From sequence record NC_010105.1: a stretch of 64,000 nucleotides of DNA; one strand, 5' to 3'. The position numbers and the translations under genes are program-made. Under the pieces are notes generated by a model, which was not told where the DNA came from, made no database searches, and saw only the letters and a program-made list of their open reading frames with translations. How positions within the stretch are numbered: the stretch's first letter is position 1; each line of letters starts with the position of its first letter. Origin of the DNA: Escherichia phage JS98. This document shows, piece by piece, positions 11,485 to 21,364 of this stretch.

Positions 11485-12768
11485 ATGAAAAAGATTAATG
11501 CATTAATACAAGAATCAACTTTGACGGCGGCCAACCAGGTCGCCCGTCCTAATCTTCTTTCATATACCCAGGCAACTAATAAAAGAATTTTTAAAGCCCT
11601 TGTTGCTGAACAAAAAACTACTCAACCTGTTGCAGCATTATATGGTGTCCGTGTTTTAAACCCAGACGATAAAATGACTTATCTCGGCGGAGCCACTTTT
11701 GCAGGCGAAATTGGTATGTTCGAACGTAAAAACATTCCTGAGTTCACCGATAAAGACGAAGCATATGCTGTTGGCGATATGTTCCAATTCGAAAGTGTGG
11801 TTTTCAAGGTATTAGAAGCTTCTCCGTTTGCAGGAACAACTGAAACCGATTTGAGTGAAGTTATTTCAGAAGCTATTGCCGCGGGCCATATTCGTATGAT
11901 GTCTGATGCAGCCTTTACCAATAAATTTGAAAAAGGTCATCCTGAGATTGCTGAAGCAGGGTTCCGTATTGATAAGTGGCAGACTGAAGTTAAATCGCGT
12001 AAACTTAAAACTTCTTTGACTGTGGAACTGGCCCAGGATTTAGAATCCAACGGGTTTAATGCACCGGACTTTATAGACAATATTTTGGCTATTCAAATGG
12101 CTGAAGAAATTAATAAAGACGTATTACAGTCCTTAATTACAGTAAGTTCTCGTTTTAAAGTCCAAGGAGTTTCTGAGAAAGGTGTCTTGAACTTAACAGA
12201 CCCACAATACGATAACGCCCAAGACCGAGCACGTACCTTGTATTACTATATGTGTGAAATGAATTCTGCTGTTCAACGCCAGACTTCGTTTGCAGGTACT
12301 TATGCAGTAGCTTCTTCTCGCTGCGCTGCTATTTTAGCTGCATCCGGTTGGGTTGAGAAAAAAGAAGACCAAGACGAATTAGCTTATGGCGTATTAAAGA
12401 ACGGTCTACCACTTTATGCTGATATGAACAGCCCGTGTGATTATGTTATTGTCGGTGTAAATGCTCAGATGGGTGAAGGGCAGACGGTCGCATCTTTGTA
12501 TTATGCGCCTTATACGGAAGGGCTCGAAGAGGTTGATGATGAAGGTGATACTTCAGTAGGTGAATTCAAGGTTATTGTAGACCCGGATTCATTGCAACCT
12601 ACCATATCTTTATTGGCTCGGTATGCATTGACTGCGAATCCTTATACCGTCGCTAAAGACGACAAAGAAGCTCGTATTATTGATGGTGCGGATATGGACA
12701 AAATGGCTAATCAAAGTCAATTGAGTTCTTATCTTGGTGTAAAACTTCCTCCATTGGATAAAAACTAA
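11485..12768 (+). CDS. Capsid vertex protein gp24 paralog (copy 2, divergent)
   Basis: 427 aa, immediately downstream; alignable to copy 1 along full length with conserved blocks (KSRKLKT..TVELAQD, INKDVLQSLITVS, VIVDPDSLQP, ANPYTVAKDDKEAR). Confidence 0.85.
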   Translation: MKKINALIQESTLTAANQVARPNLLSYTQATNKRIFKALVAEQKTTQPVAALYGVRVLNPDDKMTYLGGATFAGEIGMFERKNIPEFTDKDEAYAVGDMFQFESVVFKVLEASPFAGTTETDLSEVISEAIAAGHIRMMSDAAFTNKFEKGHPEIAEAGFRIDKWQTEVKSRKLKTSLTVELAQDLESNGFNAPDFIDNILAIQMAEEINKDVLQSLITVSSRFKVQGVSEKGVLNLTDPQYDNAQDRARTLYYYMCEMNSAVQRQTSFAGTYAVASSRCAAILAASGWVEKKEDQDELAYGVLKNGLPLYADMNSPCDYVIVGVNAQMGEGQTVASLYYAPYTEGLEEVDDEGDTSVGEFKVIVDPDSLQPTISLLARYALTANPYTVAKDDKEARIIDGADMDKMANQSQLSSYLGVKLPPLDKN

Positions 12769-12769
12769 A

Positions 12770-12790
12770 AAGGGACCTTACGGTCCCTTT
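12770..12790. terminator. Bidirectional terminator between gene 24 copy 2 and rnlB (AGGGACC-ttac-GGTCCCT)
   Basis: 7-bp stem flanked by A-run upstream and T-rich downstream; convergent genes. Confidence 0.65.
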
Positions 12791-12796
12791 GTCGTC

Positions 12797-13801
12797 TTAT
12801 GACACTAATTCAATCCATACGGCTCGTAAGGTATCTTTTACGCACTCAACGAGCTGCTTTTTAACTTCAACAGGATTTTCGGCATCAGTTAATTCTAATT
12901 CTTCACGGGCAGCTTCTTCAAGGATATCTTGAACTGTCAAGCCCATTACCTTTCCAAAATCCTTTTTAGATACTTCACCAATCTTACTGATGACATTATT
13001 AATGCGGTTAACAGTCACATAATCAGTGAATTGCCACATCAAATCCATATCATCTTGGGATAAAACCACTGCAGCTTTAATAGGCTTATCAGACTTTTTC
13101 TTCTCGCTGAATTTAGAGTTCTTACATTTAATCGCTACACGATTTCCATTAGGAAGCCAGGTAGGAATATCAGGTTTAAGTACAAAGCCTTCAGCCGTGA
13201 ATACTTTACCTTCTACCTTAGGAATAAAGTCTGTCGAGTTTGCAATAGTTAAGCCAGCGTTATCCACCGCAAAATTGTAATCTGGGATAACAGAATCAAA
13301 ATCATTAGGAAGTTTAATAAGGTCTTCAAAGCTACCAGTAGCCAAACATGGAGCTACCTTAAACTTATGGATAATACAGAAGGCTTCCATCAATGTATCG
13401 GTTAGAACAGATTCAGTGCCATCTTCCTTAGTAACTCGGATATCGAACACATAAAAGTCTTTATCACCGTAGTCCACATTCTTCTGGATACCTGGCCCAG
13501 CTAATTCGCCATAAATCTGGTATGACTGGTAATTAATCGATTCAATTAGATGTTGAACAGATTTAATAGAATCAGCGTAGTTCTTGAGTACAATTTCATA
13601 ACCATAGAAATCTTCAGCAGGGAGGATAGGGCCAGTGCGCTTGGCGCATGTGACTGCGTCACGTTCTATGATTAAACTAAAGTTGGTTCCATGAATCTTC
13701 TCACGTGCTACCCATTCACCACCAGTCAAACCGTTAGTACGGAGTTTTTCGATAAACTTACTGTTGTAGTGGTTTTCGAGACTGCTATATTTCTTGAACA
13801 T
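12797..13801 (-). CDS. rnlB: RNA ligase 2 (Rnl2)
   Basis: 334 aa; [20 protein letters not shown]...EKIHGTNFS matches T4 Rnl2, including the ligase KxHG motif. Confidence 0.92.
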   Translation of the reverse strand: MFKKYSSLENHYNSKFIEKLRTNGLTGGEWVAREKIHGTNFSLIIERDAVTCAKRTGPILPAEDFYGYEIVLKNYADSIKSVQHLIESINYQSYQIYGELAGPGIQKNVDYGDKDFYVFDIRVTKEDGTESVLTDTLMEAFCIIHKFKVAPCLATGSFEDLIKLPNDFDSVIPDYNFAVDNAGLTIANSTDFIPKVEGKVFTAEGFVLKPDIPTWLPNGNRVAIKCKNSKFSEKKKSDKPIKAAVVLSQDDMDLMWQFTDYVTVNRINNVISKIGEVSKKDFGKVMGLTVQDILEEAAREELELTDAENPVEVKKQLVECVKDTLRAVWIELVS

Positions 13802-13915
13802 AAATCACCATAATAAATATAATTAAATAGAAGAGCTAGTAGTCTTCTGTCACCAAGCCAAATGGTTTAACGGAAGGACCTAGACCCATTATAACACACC
13901 TAAATTTAAAGCATA

Positions 13916-14125
13916 TTAATTTGAACTAGAACGCGCTTTGCGCCGAACCTTGTTGTTCAATCTTTTACGATAAACAATCTTTTCTTTCGCTTTAAATTTG
14001 GCCTTGGCTTGTTCTACATCAACCCATGCTTTGGCCATGTCCTTAGCGGTCCCGCCCATTTTTTTAGCAATTTCTATAAAATTCAACCCAGATTCGTGTA
14101 AAAAATGTACTTTAACCTTATCCAT
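13916..14125 (-). CDS. Hypothetical small basic protein with possible helix-turn-helix (69 aa)
   Basis: ORF in the rnlB-hoc gap; IEIAKKMGGTAKDMAKAW resembles an HTH; lysine/arginine-rich tail. Confidence 0.4.
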   Translation of the reverse strand: MDKVKVHFLHESGLNFIEIAKKMGGTAKDMAKAWVDVEQAKAKFKAKEKIVYRKRLNNKVRRKARSSSN

Positions 14126-14199
14126 AACAATTCTCTCGTTGAGTCGGTAAAACTCATCTTAACATAGAATTTTTAACTTGTAAACAGGAATTTTGTACT

Positions 14200-14226
14200 T
14201 TAATGCAAAATGGGCCTTGCGGCCCT
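14200..14226 (-). terminator. Terminator after hoc (GGGCC-ttgc-GGCCC followed by U-run on minus strand)
   Basis: GC stem immediately after hoc stop; minus-strand continuation ATTTTGCATT. Confidence 0.55.
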
Positions 14227-14229
14227 TAA

Positions 14230-15078
14230 TTAATAAACGTAATCGTATATAATACCAGCTTCTAAAGCGGTGCGATGAATAATTCGTCCATTACGAGATT
14301 CTTGTACATCAACCTCCGGATAATCGGTAATCATTTTTTGAAGTGTATATCGGTGCAAATAATACGGGCTATCTGGGTCATCAGTTTTCCAGTCTTGTCC
14401 GGCAAGAGTCATTTTCTGAATTTCATCCATAACCCACCAACCACACCAGATATAAGCTGAATTACGTACTGGCAATGGATGAACGTAAGGTAATTCGCCA
14501 TCTGGAACAGGTGCGACTTTAGCTGTGACTGTTACATTACCAGTTTTTGTGACAGTTGCCTGGTTATAATCTGTAGCAGATACAACAACAGAAACTTCAA
14601 TTAACTGGGAACCTTCGGCGCTTGTGTCGATTGCTAAAGTATCCGTGGTGCCAACTACAGGAGAACCGTCTTTCTTCCAAGAATAGGCAAAAGTAGCACC
14701 AGCAGGCGCACCGGCTACAGTAGCTTTAAAAGAAGCCGGAGTTCCTTCAGGAACATTAATTGATTCTGGGGTTAATGTAACAGAAACACCTGACATTGTT
14801 TTATTCTGGATAGTTAAAGTTGTCTCAGCCTCAGCAGTTTCCGGTTCACCGTCTGCCGGAGTGGTAGTTGCAACAACTTTAATAGTCTTACTGCCTGCTG
14901 GACCAACAGCGACATAAGCCATTGCTGCAGTTACAGAAGATTGAGGAACGCCATCAACGGTCCAGACAAATGATTCGGTACCTTCAGCTGCAGCACCGGA
15001 ACCAGTCGCAGTGAAATTGGTTGTTGCTCCAATAACGGCCGTAGCCGCCAAAGGAGCAATATCTACGGTATAAGCCAT
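14230..15078 (-). CDS. hoc: Highly immunogenic outer capsid protein Hoc (short variant, 282 aa)
   Basis: C-terminus YVHPLPVRNSAYIWCGWWVMDEIQKM...ESRNGRIIHRTALEAG matches T4 Hoc capsid-binding domain; N-terminal Ig-like T/V/A-rich repeats. Confidence 0.85.
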   Translation of the reverse strand: MAYTVDIAPLAATAVIGATTNFTATGSGAAAEGTESFVWTVDGVPQSSVTAAMAYVAVGPAGSKTIKVVATTTPADGEPETAEAETTLTIQNKTMSGVSVTLTPESINVPEGTPASFKATVAGAPAGATFAYSWKKDGSPVVGTTDTLAIDTSAEGSQLIEVSVVVSATDYNQATVTKTGNVTVTAKVAPVPDGELPYVHPLPVRNSAYIWCGWWVMDEIQKMTLAGQDWKTDDPDSPYYLHRYTLQKMITDYPEVDVQESRNGRIIHRTALEAGIIYDYVY

Positions 15079-15087
15079 AATAAACCC

Positions 15088-15759
15088 TTATTTTAAAGTG
15101 ATAAAAGATGAGTTACGAGTTTCTCGTACTAGAACAGACCCATTACGATTGATGTAATAAATCAAGCTGAATAGCGTTTGGTGTGCGGTAGGATGTTGGA
15201 AACTGGTTGGACGTTCTTTCCAGTCCGGAGTCTCAGAAATCCACTGATAAATCCACCATGGAACAGTACAGAATCCAGGGTTCTTACCGATAAGCAAAAG
15301 ATTAGGACTGAAGTTTTCGGGTAAAGAGAACACAGGTTTTTCCGATTCAATAACCTTGGTTACAGCCTCTTTGAATTTCTCTTCGACAAACGGGACATCC
15401 TCTTCAATAATCTCTACCTTAGGAAGTTCGGCTACCTCTATTACTTCAACAACCGCCTCAGGAGCATCGAACAGCACGGTTGCTTCTTCTTTAGCTGGTT
15501 CTGCACCTTCGATAAAATCGTTATCACCGGTGAGTTCGTCAGCAGCATCAATCAAATCAGAAATAGACAAACCTTCGGTTTCTGGGAGTGGTTCGTCAGC
15601 CAAGGCTTTAAGCCCTTCAGAGATATCGATAATCAAATTATCAAACGAACGGGTTTTCTTAAGTTTTAAACCGAACTGTTCGCCGTATTCGATTAACTTA
15701 GCTTTAGCTTCTTTTTTATCTTCGAGTGCACGAAGCTCTTCAATATATTGAGTATCCAT
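15088..15759 (-). CDS. inh: Probable Inh (inhibitor of prohead protease)
   Basis: 223 aa, position between hoc and uvsW as T4 inh; acidic central region; own late promoter. Confidence 0.6.
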   Translation of the reverse strand: MDTQYIEELRALEDKKEAKAKLIEYGEQFGLKLKKTRSFDNLIIDISEGLKALADEPLPETEGLSISDLIDAADELTGDNDFIEGAEPAKEEATVLFDAPEAVVEVIEVAELPKVEIIEEDVPFVEEKFKEAVTKVIESEKPVFSLPENFSPNLLLIGKNPGFCTVPWWIYQWISETPDWKERPTSFQHPTAHQTLFSLIYYINRNGSVLVRETRNSSFITLK

Positions 15760-15777
15760 AATTAGTCTCTTGTTGGT

Positions 15778-15785
15778 GTATAAAT
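15778..15785 (+). promoter_or_regulatory. Late promoter TATAAATA upstream of uvsW
   Basis: Exact TATAAATA ~30 nt upstream of uvsW ATG. Confidence 0.55.
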
Positions 15786-15791
15786 ATAGTT

Positions 15792-15799
15792 ATATTTAT
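15792..15799 (-). promoter_or_regulatory. Late promoter (TATAAATA on minus strand) upstream of inh
   Basis: Plus-strand TATTTATA about 33 nt upstream of inh ATG, divergent from uvsW promoter. Confidence 0.5.
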
Positions 15800-15814
15800 A
15801 ACTGAGAATTACTT

Positions 15815-17311
15815 ATGCAAATTCAAGTACATTTTGATAATTTTAGTCATGTCCGTATCGAGTGTGATGAATCTACATTCTACGAACTCAGAGACTATTT
15901 TAGCTTTGAAGCTGATGGGTATAAATTCAACCCTAAATTTCGTTATGGGCAATGGGATGGACGTATTCGTCTTCTGGATTATAACCGTAAACTGCCTTAT
16001 GGACTTGTTCCTCAAATTAAAAAGTTCGCTGAACAATTTGAATATTCTCTGTGGATTGACCCACGTATTCTTGAACAGGAAGATATTTCTCGTGAAGATT
16101 TTGACTCATGGGTAGCTTCTCAAGAAATTTATTCAGGGTCTACCAAGATTGAGCCTCATTGGTATCAGAATGAAGCCGTATACAACGGCCTGACAAAACG
16201 TCGCGCAATTCTGAATTTACCTACATCCGCAGGTAAATCATTAATCCAGGCACTCCTGAGTCGATATTACGTTGAGAACTATGAAGGTAAAATCCTTATC
16301 TTAGTTCCTACTACTGCACTTGTCGACCAGATGATTAATGACTTCATTGATTATCGTTTGTTCCCTAAAGATGCTATGCTTGGTATTCGTTCAGGTACTG
16401 CTCGTGATTCCGATGCAATGATTTATGTTTCAACTTATCAAACGGCTATTAAACAACCTAAAGAATGGTTTGCTCAGTTTGGTATGTTTATGAACGACGA
16501 ATGCCATTTGGCAACAGGTAAATCAATTTCTACTATCATCGAAGGCCTAACCAATTGTATGTTTAAATTCGGTTTGTCTGGTTCTTTAAAAGATGGTAAA
16601 GCCAATTTAATGCAATATATGGGTTTATTTGGTGATGTGTTTAAGCCAGTATCCACTTCGCAGTTAATGGAAGAAGGACAGGTTACAGACCTTAAAATCA
16701 ACAGTATTTTCCTTCGGTACCCAGACGAATTCACTGTTAAGATGAAAGGTAAAGATTACCAATCAGAAATAAAGGTCATTACTAAGGCTACTCGTCGTAA
16801 TAAATGGGTTGCTAATTTAGCTGTTAAACTCGCTAAGAAAGAAGAGAACGTATTCCTGATGTTTAAAAACATCGAGCACGGTAAAACTCTTTTTGAAATG
16901 GTTAAAGAGCAACATAAAGAAGTTTATTACGTATCAGGTGAAGTTAATACCGAAACGCGTAATGCTCTGAAAGTAATGGCGGAAAATGGTAAGGGTATTA
17001 TTGTTGTGGCAAGTTATGGTGTGTTCTCTACTGGTATTTCCGTTAAGAACCTTCACCATGTTGTATTTGCTCATCCGGTAAAATCCAAAATCATTGTACT
17101 CCAGACAATCGGTCGTGTACTCCGTAAACATGCTTCTAAATCAACAGCACAAGTTTGGGACATTATAGACGACATGGGCGTTAAGCCTAAATCAGCAAAT
17201 GCTAAAAAGAAATATGTTCATTTGAATTATGCATTAAAACATGCCTTAGAACGTATTCAACGTTATGCTGACGAGAAATTTAATTACGTAATGAAACAGG
17301 TGGATTTATGA
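15815..17311 (+). CDS. uvsW: UvsW DNA/RNA helicase (SF2)
   Basis: 498 aa; helicase motifs PTSAGKS (Walker A) and DECH; position as in T4. Confidence 0.9.
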   Translation: MQIQVHFDNFSHVRIECDESTFYELRDYFSFEADGYKFNPKFRYGQWDGRIRLLDYNRKLPYGLVPQIKKFAEQFEYSLWIDPRILEQEDISREDFDSWVASQEIYSGSTKIEPHWYQNEAVYNGLTKRRAILNLPTSAGKSLIQALLSRYYVENYEGKILILVPTTALVDQMINDFIDYRLFPKDAMLGIRSGTARDSDAMIYVSTYQTAIKQPKEWFAQFGMFMNDECHLATGKSISTIIEGLTNCMFKFGLSGSLKDGKANLMQYMGLFGDVFKPVSTSQLMEEGQVTDLKINSIFLRYPDEFTVKMKGKDYQSEIKVITKATRRNKWVANLAVKLAKKEENVFLMFKNIEHGKTLFEMVKEQHKEVYYVSGEVNTETRNALKVMAENGKGIIVVASYGVFSTGISVKNLHHVVFAHPVKSKIIVLQTIGRVLRKHASKSTAQVWDIIDDMGVKPKSANAKKKYVHLNYALKHALERIQRYADEKFNYVMKQVDL

Positions 17312-17535
17312 AGTCCTTTAAAGAAGTTATCTATGAAGCCTCTATCGAGAGCTTCATGTCTAAAATTAGTTCCTGTCAGACCATGGAAGGTCTGGAGGAA
17401 TTAGAGAAGTATTACAAAACTCGTAGTAAGGAAGCCGAACTTCGTGATTCGGATGATATCAGCGTACGCGATGCATTGGCTGGTAAGAGAGCCGAATTGG
17501 AGTCGATGGACGACGAGGAAGAGGAAGATTTCTAA
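17308..17535 (+). CDS. uvsW.1: UvsW.1-like small acidic protein
   Basis: 75 aa ORF overlapping uvsW stop (ATGA); ends DDEEEEDF. Confidence 0.7.
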   Translation: MKSFKEVIYEASIESFMSKISSCQTMEGLEELEKYYKTRSKEAELRDSDDISVRDALAGKRAELESMDDEEEEDF

Positions 17536-17595
17536 ACAAAAAGGGCCCAACCTTTCGGAAGGGCCAATAACCATAAAATGGCTATACACACTAGA

Positions 17596-17763
17596 CTAAA
17601 GTAATAATTGTGTTTCGTTCAGCTGTTCTTCAGTGTTTTCCGTAACAGGCATGCTTTGAACGTAATTATAACATGAACCCGGATGAACCGGACCTTTTTC
17701 TGTTTCAACAACCAATGCAGCATCGATTGGAGTTTTACAGACAACGCAAATCTTATCTGACAT
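17596..17763 (-). CDS. Hypothetical small cysteine-containing protein (55 aa, below ORF-track cutoff)
   Basis: Hand-translated: MSDKICVVCKTPIDAALVVETEKGPVHPGSCYNYVQSMPVTENTEEQLNETQLLL; CxxC...C suggests zinc-ribbon. Confidence 0.35.
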   Translation of the reverse strand: MSDKICVVCKTPIDAALVVETEKGPVHPGSCYNYVQSMPVTENTEEQLNETQLLL

Positions 17764-17889
17764 GATTGTCTCCTTAGTTTAACTTACATATCTATTTATT
17801 ACTTGCTAAAGCGGCATTAATGAATTCTTGGAGAAGTTTCATCTTATTGGCATCTACTTTAATGGGTTTGGTATTTTTAGTACGTCTCA

Positions 17890-18324
17890 TTATTTGCCAG
17901 CCTCAAATTGTCTCATTTCATGCATGGTCTTAAGGTTAAAACCTCGCGCCTTAATAGCATCCAGTGCCGAACTACAAAAGTCCTGTAATAAAGCCCAATA
18001 CTGGATTGATGTATCTATTTTAATCACGCTAGAATCTGCGGCCATTACAGTCTTTAATTCTGACTTCTCGTATTGGTCCATACAAACCTCATCACCAGGC
18101 TCTCCACGTCCCGTGTAGAAATCTAATCGCTTCTTAAGAGAGGTCTTTTTCTGGATTTCTAATCGCATTATCTCTTTCTTACAATTCGTATACAGCCTTA
18201 GCCATTTGCTGTGCAGCAAAACGTTATTCTGTACTTCATACTGTAAACGAGTCCCATCAATCTTTAAATCTTCATCCAAAGCATCTTGGAATGATTCCAA
18301 TTTATATTCAATCTCTTTACTCAT
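17890..18324 (-). CDS. uvsY: UvsY recombination mediator
   Basis: Matches T4 UvsY (KWL..., EKSELKTVMAAD, TSIQYW..LQDFCS..LDAIK.RGF); start set at internal Met MSKEIEYK (ORF track extends to 18357). Confidence 0.85.
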   Translation of the reverse strand: MSKEIEYKLESFQDALDEDLKIDGTRLQYEVQNNVLLHSKWLRLYTNCKKEIMRLEIQKKTSLKKRLDFYTGRGEPGDEVCMDQYEKSELKTVMAADSSVIKIDTSIQYWALLQDFCSSALDAIKARGFNLKTMHEMRQFEAGK

Positions 18325-18349
18325 CGCATGTTTCCTGTGTAATAACCAT

Positions 18350-18390
18350 AGGACCATTATACACTATTCATTTGAACAGCAATTAACCAC
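18350..18390 (-). promoter_or_regulatory. Putative MotA-type middle promoter for uvsY (ATTGCTGT box plus TATAAT)
   Basis: Minus-strand TATAAT at 18356..18361 with TGCT-containing box ~14 nt upstream; overlaps gene 25 3' end. Confidence 0.3.
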
Positions 18391-18772
18391 TCTGTGAGAG
18401 CTGGATTCTAATTTGCTCTAATGTATCCGGGTCATCAACAATACTAAACTGGACGGTTACTATAATAGAGTTGTCATCATAAACAGGGGTAACGCCTACG
18501 GCAAGGGCAGAAATTCTAGGTTCGAAGTTCCGCACAGCGGAAACTATATTACGCTTAATGGTATCCGTAATTAATGGGGTGATATTCTCAAATAGTTGAT
18601 TACTGATATCACAACCAAATTCAGGCATAAAAGGGCGAGAACCTTTACGAGTAGTAATAATGCCTAACAAACTATTTTTTACTGCACGGGCCCCTGTAGC
18701 TTTAGCGACGTCTCTATTCCAAGACGTCCTCATTTCAGGGTCTAAATCTGAATACATTTTATCGATATTCAT
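18383..18772 (-). CDS. 25: Baseplate wedge protein gp25
   Basis: 129 aa; LLGIITTRKGSRPFMPEFGCD..QLFEN matches T4 gp25. Confidence 0.92.
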   Translation of the reverse strand: MNIDKMYSDLDPEMRTSWNRDVAKATGARAVKNSLLGIITTRKGSRPFMPEFGCDISNQLFENITPLITDTIKRNIVSAVRNFEPRISALAVGVTPVYDDNSIIVTVQFSIVDDPDTLEQIRIQLSQSG

Positions 18773-19395
18773 TACATCACCTTAAAGAACTCTTTAAGTC
18801 CCTCAATAACGTGGACGGTATGCTCACCACATTCACAAGAAATAGGTATGGCCAAAATAGGCTTAGGGGCGACTAGAGCATCATAAATTTCTTTTACATC
18901 TTTTTCTGTTATCACAGAATAAAGGTCGTCTAGTTCCGCATCACTTAAATCAGAAAGAAGAAGCTTTTCGCCTGCAGAAGTTAAAATATAATCGATACAT
19001 CCTGCAACCATCATAGCCCTATTTTTGTCTTCAAAGAGCTTAGGATATCTGAACACTATTTTAAAGTTGCCGAAGTCCTTAATAATATCAGGCTCTTTAC
19101 CTAATGTAGCGCGAGTTAACGTCATAGGGACAATCTGTGAGCGACCACAACTACAAACCCACTCACGTTCTATATTCACTTCAGCTAGTGAATGGGCCCA
19201 CAGGTTTATCACCAGGAGCTCAGATTCTTGCTTGTTTAAACCACGAGCATCTGTGCAATTCAAAATGAGTTCATTGATAAAGGGCTCTATTCTGTCTTCT
19301 AATTTAGCTTGGAGCAAGTCCTTATACTCTCTGAGGGTAAATGCTCTGCATTTTATGGTCTTGTTTTTAATTTTTACGTCAAAAGTATAATTCAT
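18772..19395 (-). CDS. 26: Baseplate hub protein gp26
   Basis: 207 aa (T4 gp26 208 aa); position between 25 and 51. Confidence 0.82.
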   Translation of the reverse strand: MNYTFDVKIKNKTIKCRAFTLREYKDLLQAKLEDRIEPFINELILNCTDARGLNKQESELLVINLWAHSLAEVNIEREWVCSCGRSQIVPMTLTRATLGKEPDIIKDFGNFKIVFRYPKLFEDKNRAMMVAGCIDYILTSAGEKLLLSDLSDAELDDLYSVITEKDVKEIYDALVAPKPILAIPISCECGEHTVHVIEGLKEFFKVM

Positions 19396-19413
19396 TGTCT
19401 TCTCCTTTAAGCT

Positions 19414-19425
19414 TATTTATAAATA
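19414..19425. promoter_or_regulatory. Overlapping divergent late promoters (palindrome TATTTATAAATA) for gene 26 (minus) and gene 51 (plus)
   Basis: TATAAATA readable on both strands, ~20 nt from each start codon. Confidence 0.55.
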
Positions 19426-19445
19426 CATCAATAAGAGGATACCCT

Positions 19446-20198
19446 ATGGCTAATATAGTACGTTGCGAAATGCCTGATGGAGTCCACCGATTTAAACCTT
19501 TTACAGTAGCTGATTATCGTGATTTTATTTTGATTCGAAATGATATGAATAATAAATCACCTGAAGAGCAAAAACAAATTTTAGATGAGTTACTGGAAGA
19601 ATACTTTGGTGAGTACCCTGTGTCATGGCGCCCATACATGTTTATTGAATTGTATACGTCATCTCTCGGCAAGACCAAAATTCCTATCCGATACACTTGC
19701 AGTAAGTGTGAAAAGGATAAACAAGTCTTATTCAATTTGAAGCAGGCCAAGTTAGATAACCCTACAATTGAAGTGGCTGGCTTGAAACTAACATTCAAAT
19801 TTCCGGAAATAGAATATCACGACAAATCTGAATTGATTTTGAACACCCTCCAAACAGTAGAAGATGAAAATGGGACCTATAATTGGACTGACCTTTCTGA
19901 AGAAGACCAGTTAGCCGTAATAGATGCTATAGACTTATCTACTTTAGAGGATATAGTCAAACAAACAAGCCCTATTCATTTCGAGCTCAAATACGGGTGC
20001 TGTAATCGTAGAACAATTACATACACTGACATTTTAGAAGTGTTTAAACTTATAGTCAATCCGGATGAGATATTTTTATTTTACCAAATAAACCATTTAC
20101 TGGTAAAGAACAATTATTCATTAGAAAGCATTATGCAGATGATTCCAATTGAACGCGGCATTGCTTTGTCTTTGGTTGAAAAGGACCTTAAGAAATGA
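19446..20198 (+). CDS. 51: Baseplate hub assembly protein gp51
   Basis: 250 aa from internal Met with AGAGGA SD (ORF track starts 19395); position as T4 gene 51. Confidence 0.8.
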   Translation: MANIVRCEMPDGVHRFKPFTVADYRDFILIRNDMNNKSPEEQKQILDELLEEYFGEYPVSWRPYMFIELYTSSLGKTKIPIRYTCSKCEKDKQVLFNLKQAKLDNPTIEVAGLKLTFKFPEIEYHDKSELILNTLQTVEDENGTYNWTDLSEEDQLAVIDAIDLSTLEDIVKQTSPIHFELKYGCCNRRTITYTDILEVFKLIVNPDEIFLFYQINHLLVKNNYSLESIMQMIPIERGIALSLVEKDLKK

Positions 20199-21364
20199 GT
20201 TCAAAAACTATGCAGCGTGAAGGCTTTCCTAATATTAGTATACGCCTTTACGAAGATTATGACGCCTGGTTAGAGCATCGTTTTGTTGAACTAGGCGCGA
20301 CATTTACTACCCTAACAATGCGAGATGGTCTTTATGGTAATAATGAAGGATTGCTCCAGTTTTATGATGCAAAAAACCTTCATACTAAAATGGATGGTGA
20401 ACAAATTATCCAAGTTTCTGTTAAGAATGCCAACTCGGAACGTACCCAATCAAGAATTTACGGAAGTAAACACTTTGCAGTAGGGGTGGATTCTAAGGGC
20501 GACAATATCATAACAATACAACTCGCCCCTATCCACTTTTTAGAAAATCTTAAATTCGGACGTATGTTCTTCCCTAGTGTTCAAGAAACATTAACCGAAA
20601 TGATTGGGGTTATTTATCAAGACCGACCACTCCTTGCACCTCCATTGAACGGGATAAACGTTTATGTTCCTAATGTTCCTTGGTGTGATTCTATGGACAG
20701 ATATATGGAATTTGTGCGAGAAGTAGGTATGGCTGTTGAATCCGATAAATTTGTATTTGTCTGGGAAGATATAGATGGTATTTCTATCATGGACTACGAA
20801 TTTATGGTTAATCAAGAGCCTATCAATTTTGTGGTTGGCGAGCCTCGTTTAATAGGCCAATACGTTCAAGATATGGATACTCCTATTGCATTTGATTTTG
20901 AGTGGTTAACTAAAGCCAACCAACATACCCGAAAACCGTACGAAAATGCTACAGTATATGCCCATTCGTTCCTAGATAAAAACGCCACACGAATTACTTT
21001 TGGTGATGGGCAAAACAGTATATTGGTTTCTCGTTCAGGTGGATATTCTGATTATACCTACCGAAACGGGTTTGAAGAAGCTGATAGATTGGTTACTATG
21101 GCCCAGTATGATGGGTACGCTCATTGCAAGGTATATGGGAACTTTGAATTAACTCCGGGTGATAAGATTAATTTCTACGACCCTAAAAACCAGTTCCAAT
21201 ACGATTTTTATGTAGACGAAGTTATTCATGAAGTGAGTAACAATACATCAATTACAAACCTTTATATGTTTACTAATGGTAAGCCTATTAAGATTGAAGA
21301 GCCACCGAAGGTTAAAAATGAACTTAAAACTGATACTCCCGATCAAGAAAATAACGCTGGGTGA
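20195..21364 (+). CDS. 27: Baseplate hub protein gp27
   Basis: 389 aa (T4 gp27 391 aa); ATGA overlap with gene 51. Confidence 0.9.
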   Translation: MSSKTMQREGFPNISIRLYEDYDAWLEHRFVELGATFTTLTMRDGLYGNNEGLLQFYDAKNLHTKMDGEQIIQVSVKNANSERTQSRIYGSKHFAVGVDSKGDNIITIQLAPIHFLENLKFGRMFFPSVQETLTEMIGVIYQDRPLLAPPLNGINVYVPNVPWCDSMDRYMEFVREVGMAVESDKFVFVWEDIDGISIMDYEFMVNQEPINFVVGEPRLIGQYVQDMDTPIAFDFEWLTKANQHTRKPYENATVYAHSFLDKNATRITFGDGQNSILVSRSGGYSDYTYRNGFEEADRLVTMAQYDGYAHCKVYGNFELTPGDKINFYDPKNQFQYDFYVDEVIHEVSNNTSITNLYMFTNGKPIKIEEPPKVKNELKTDTPDQENNAG

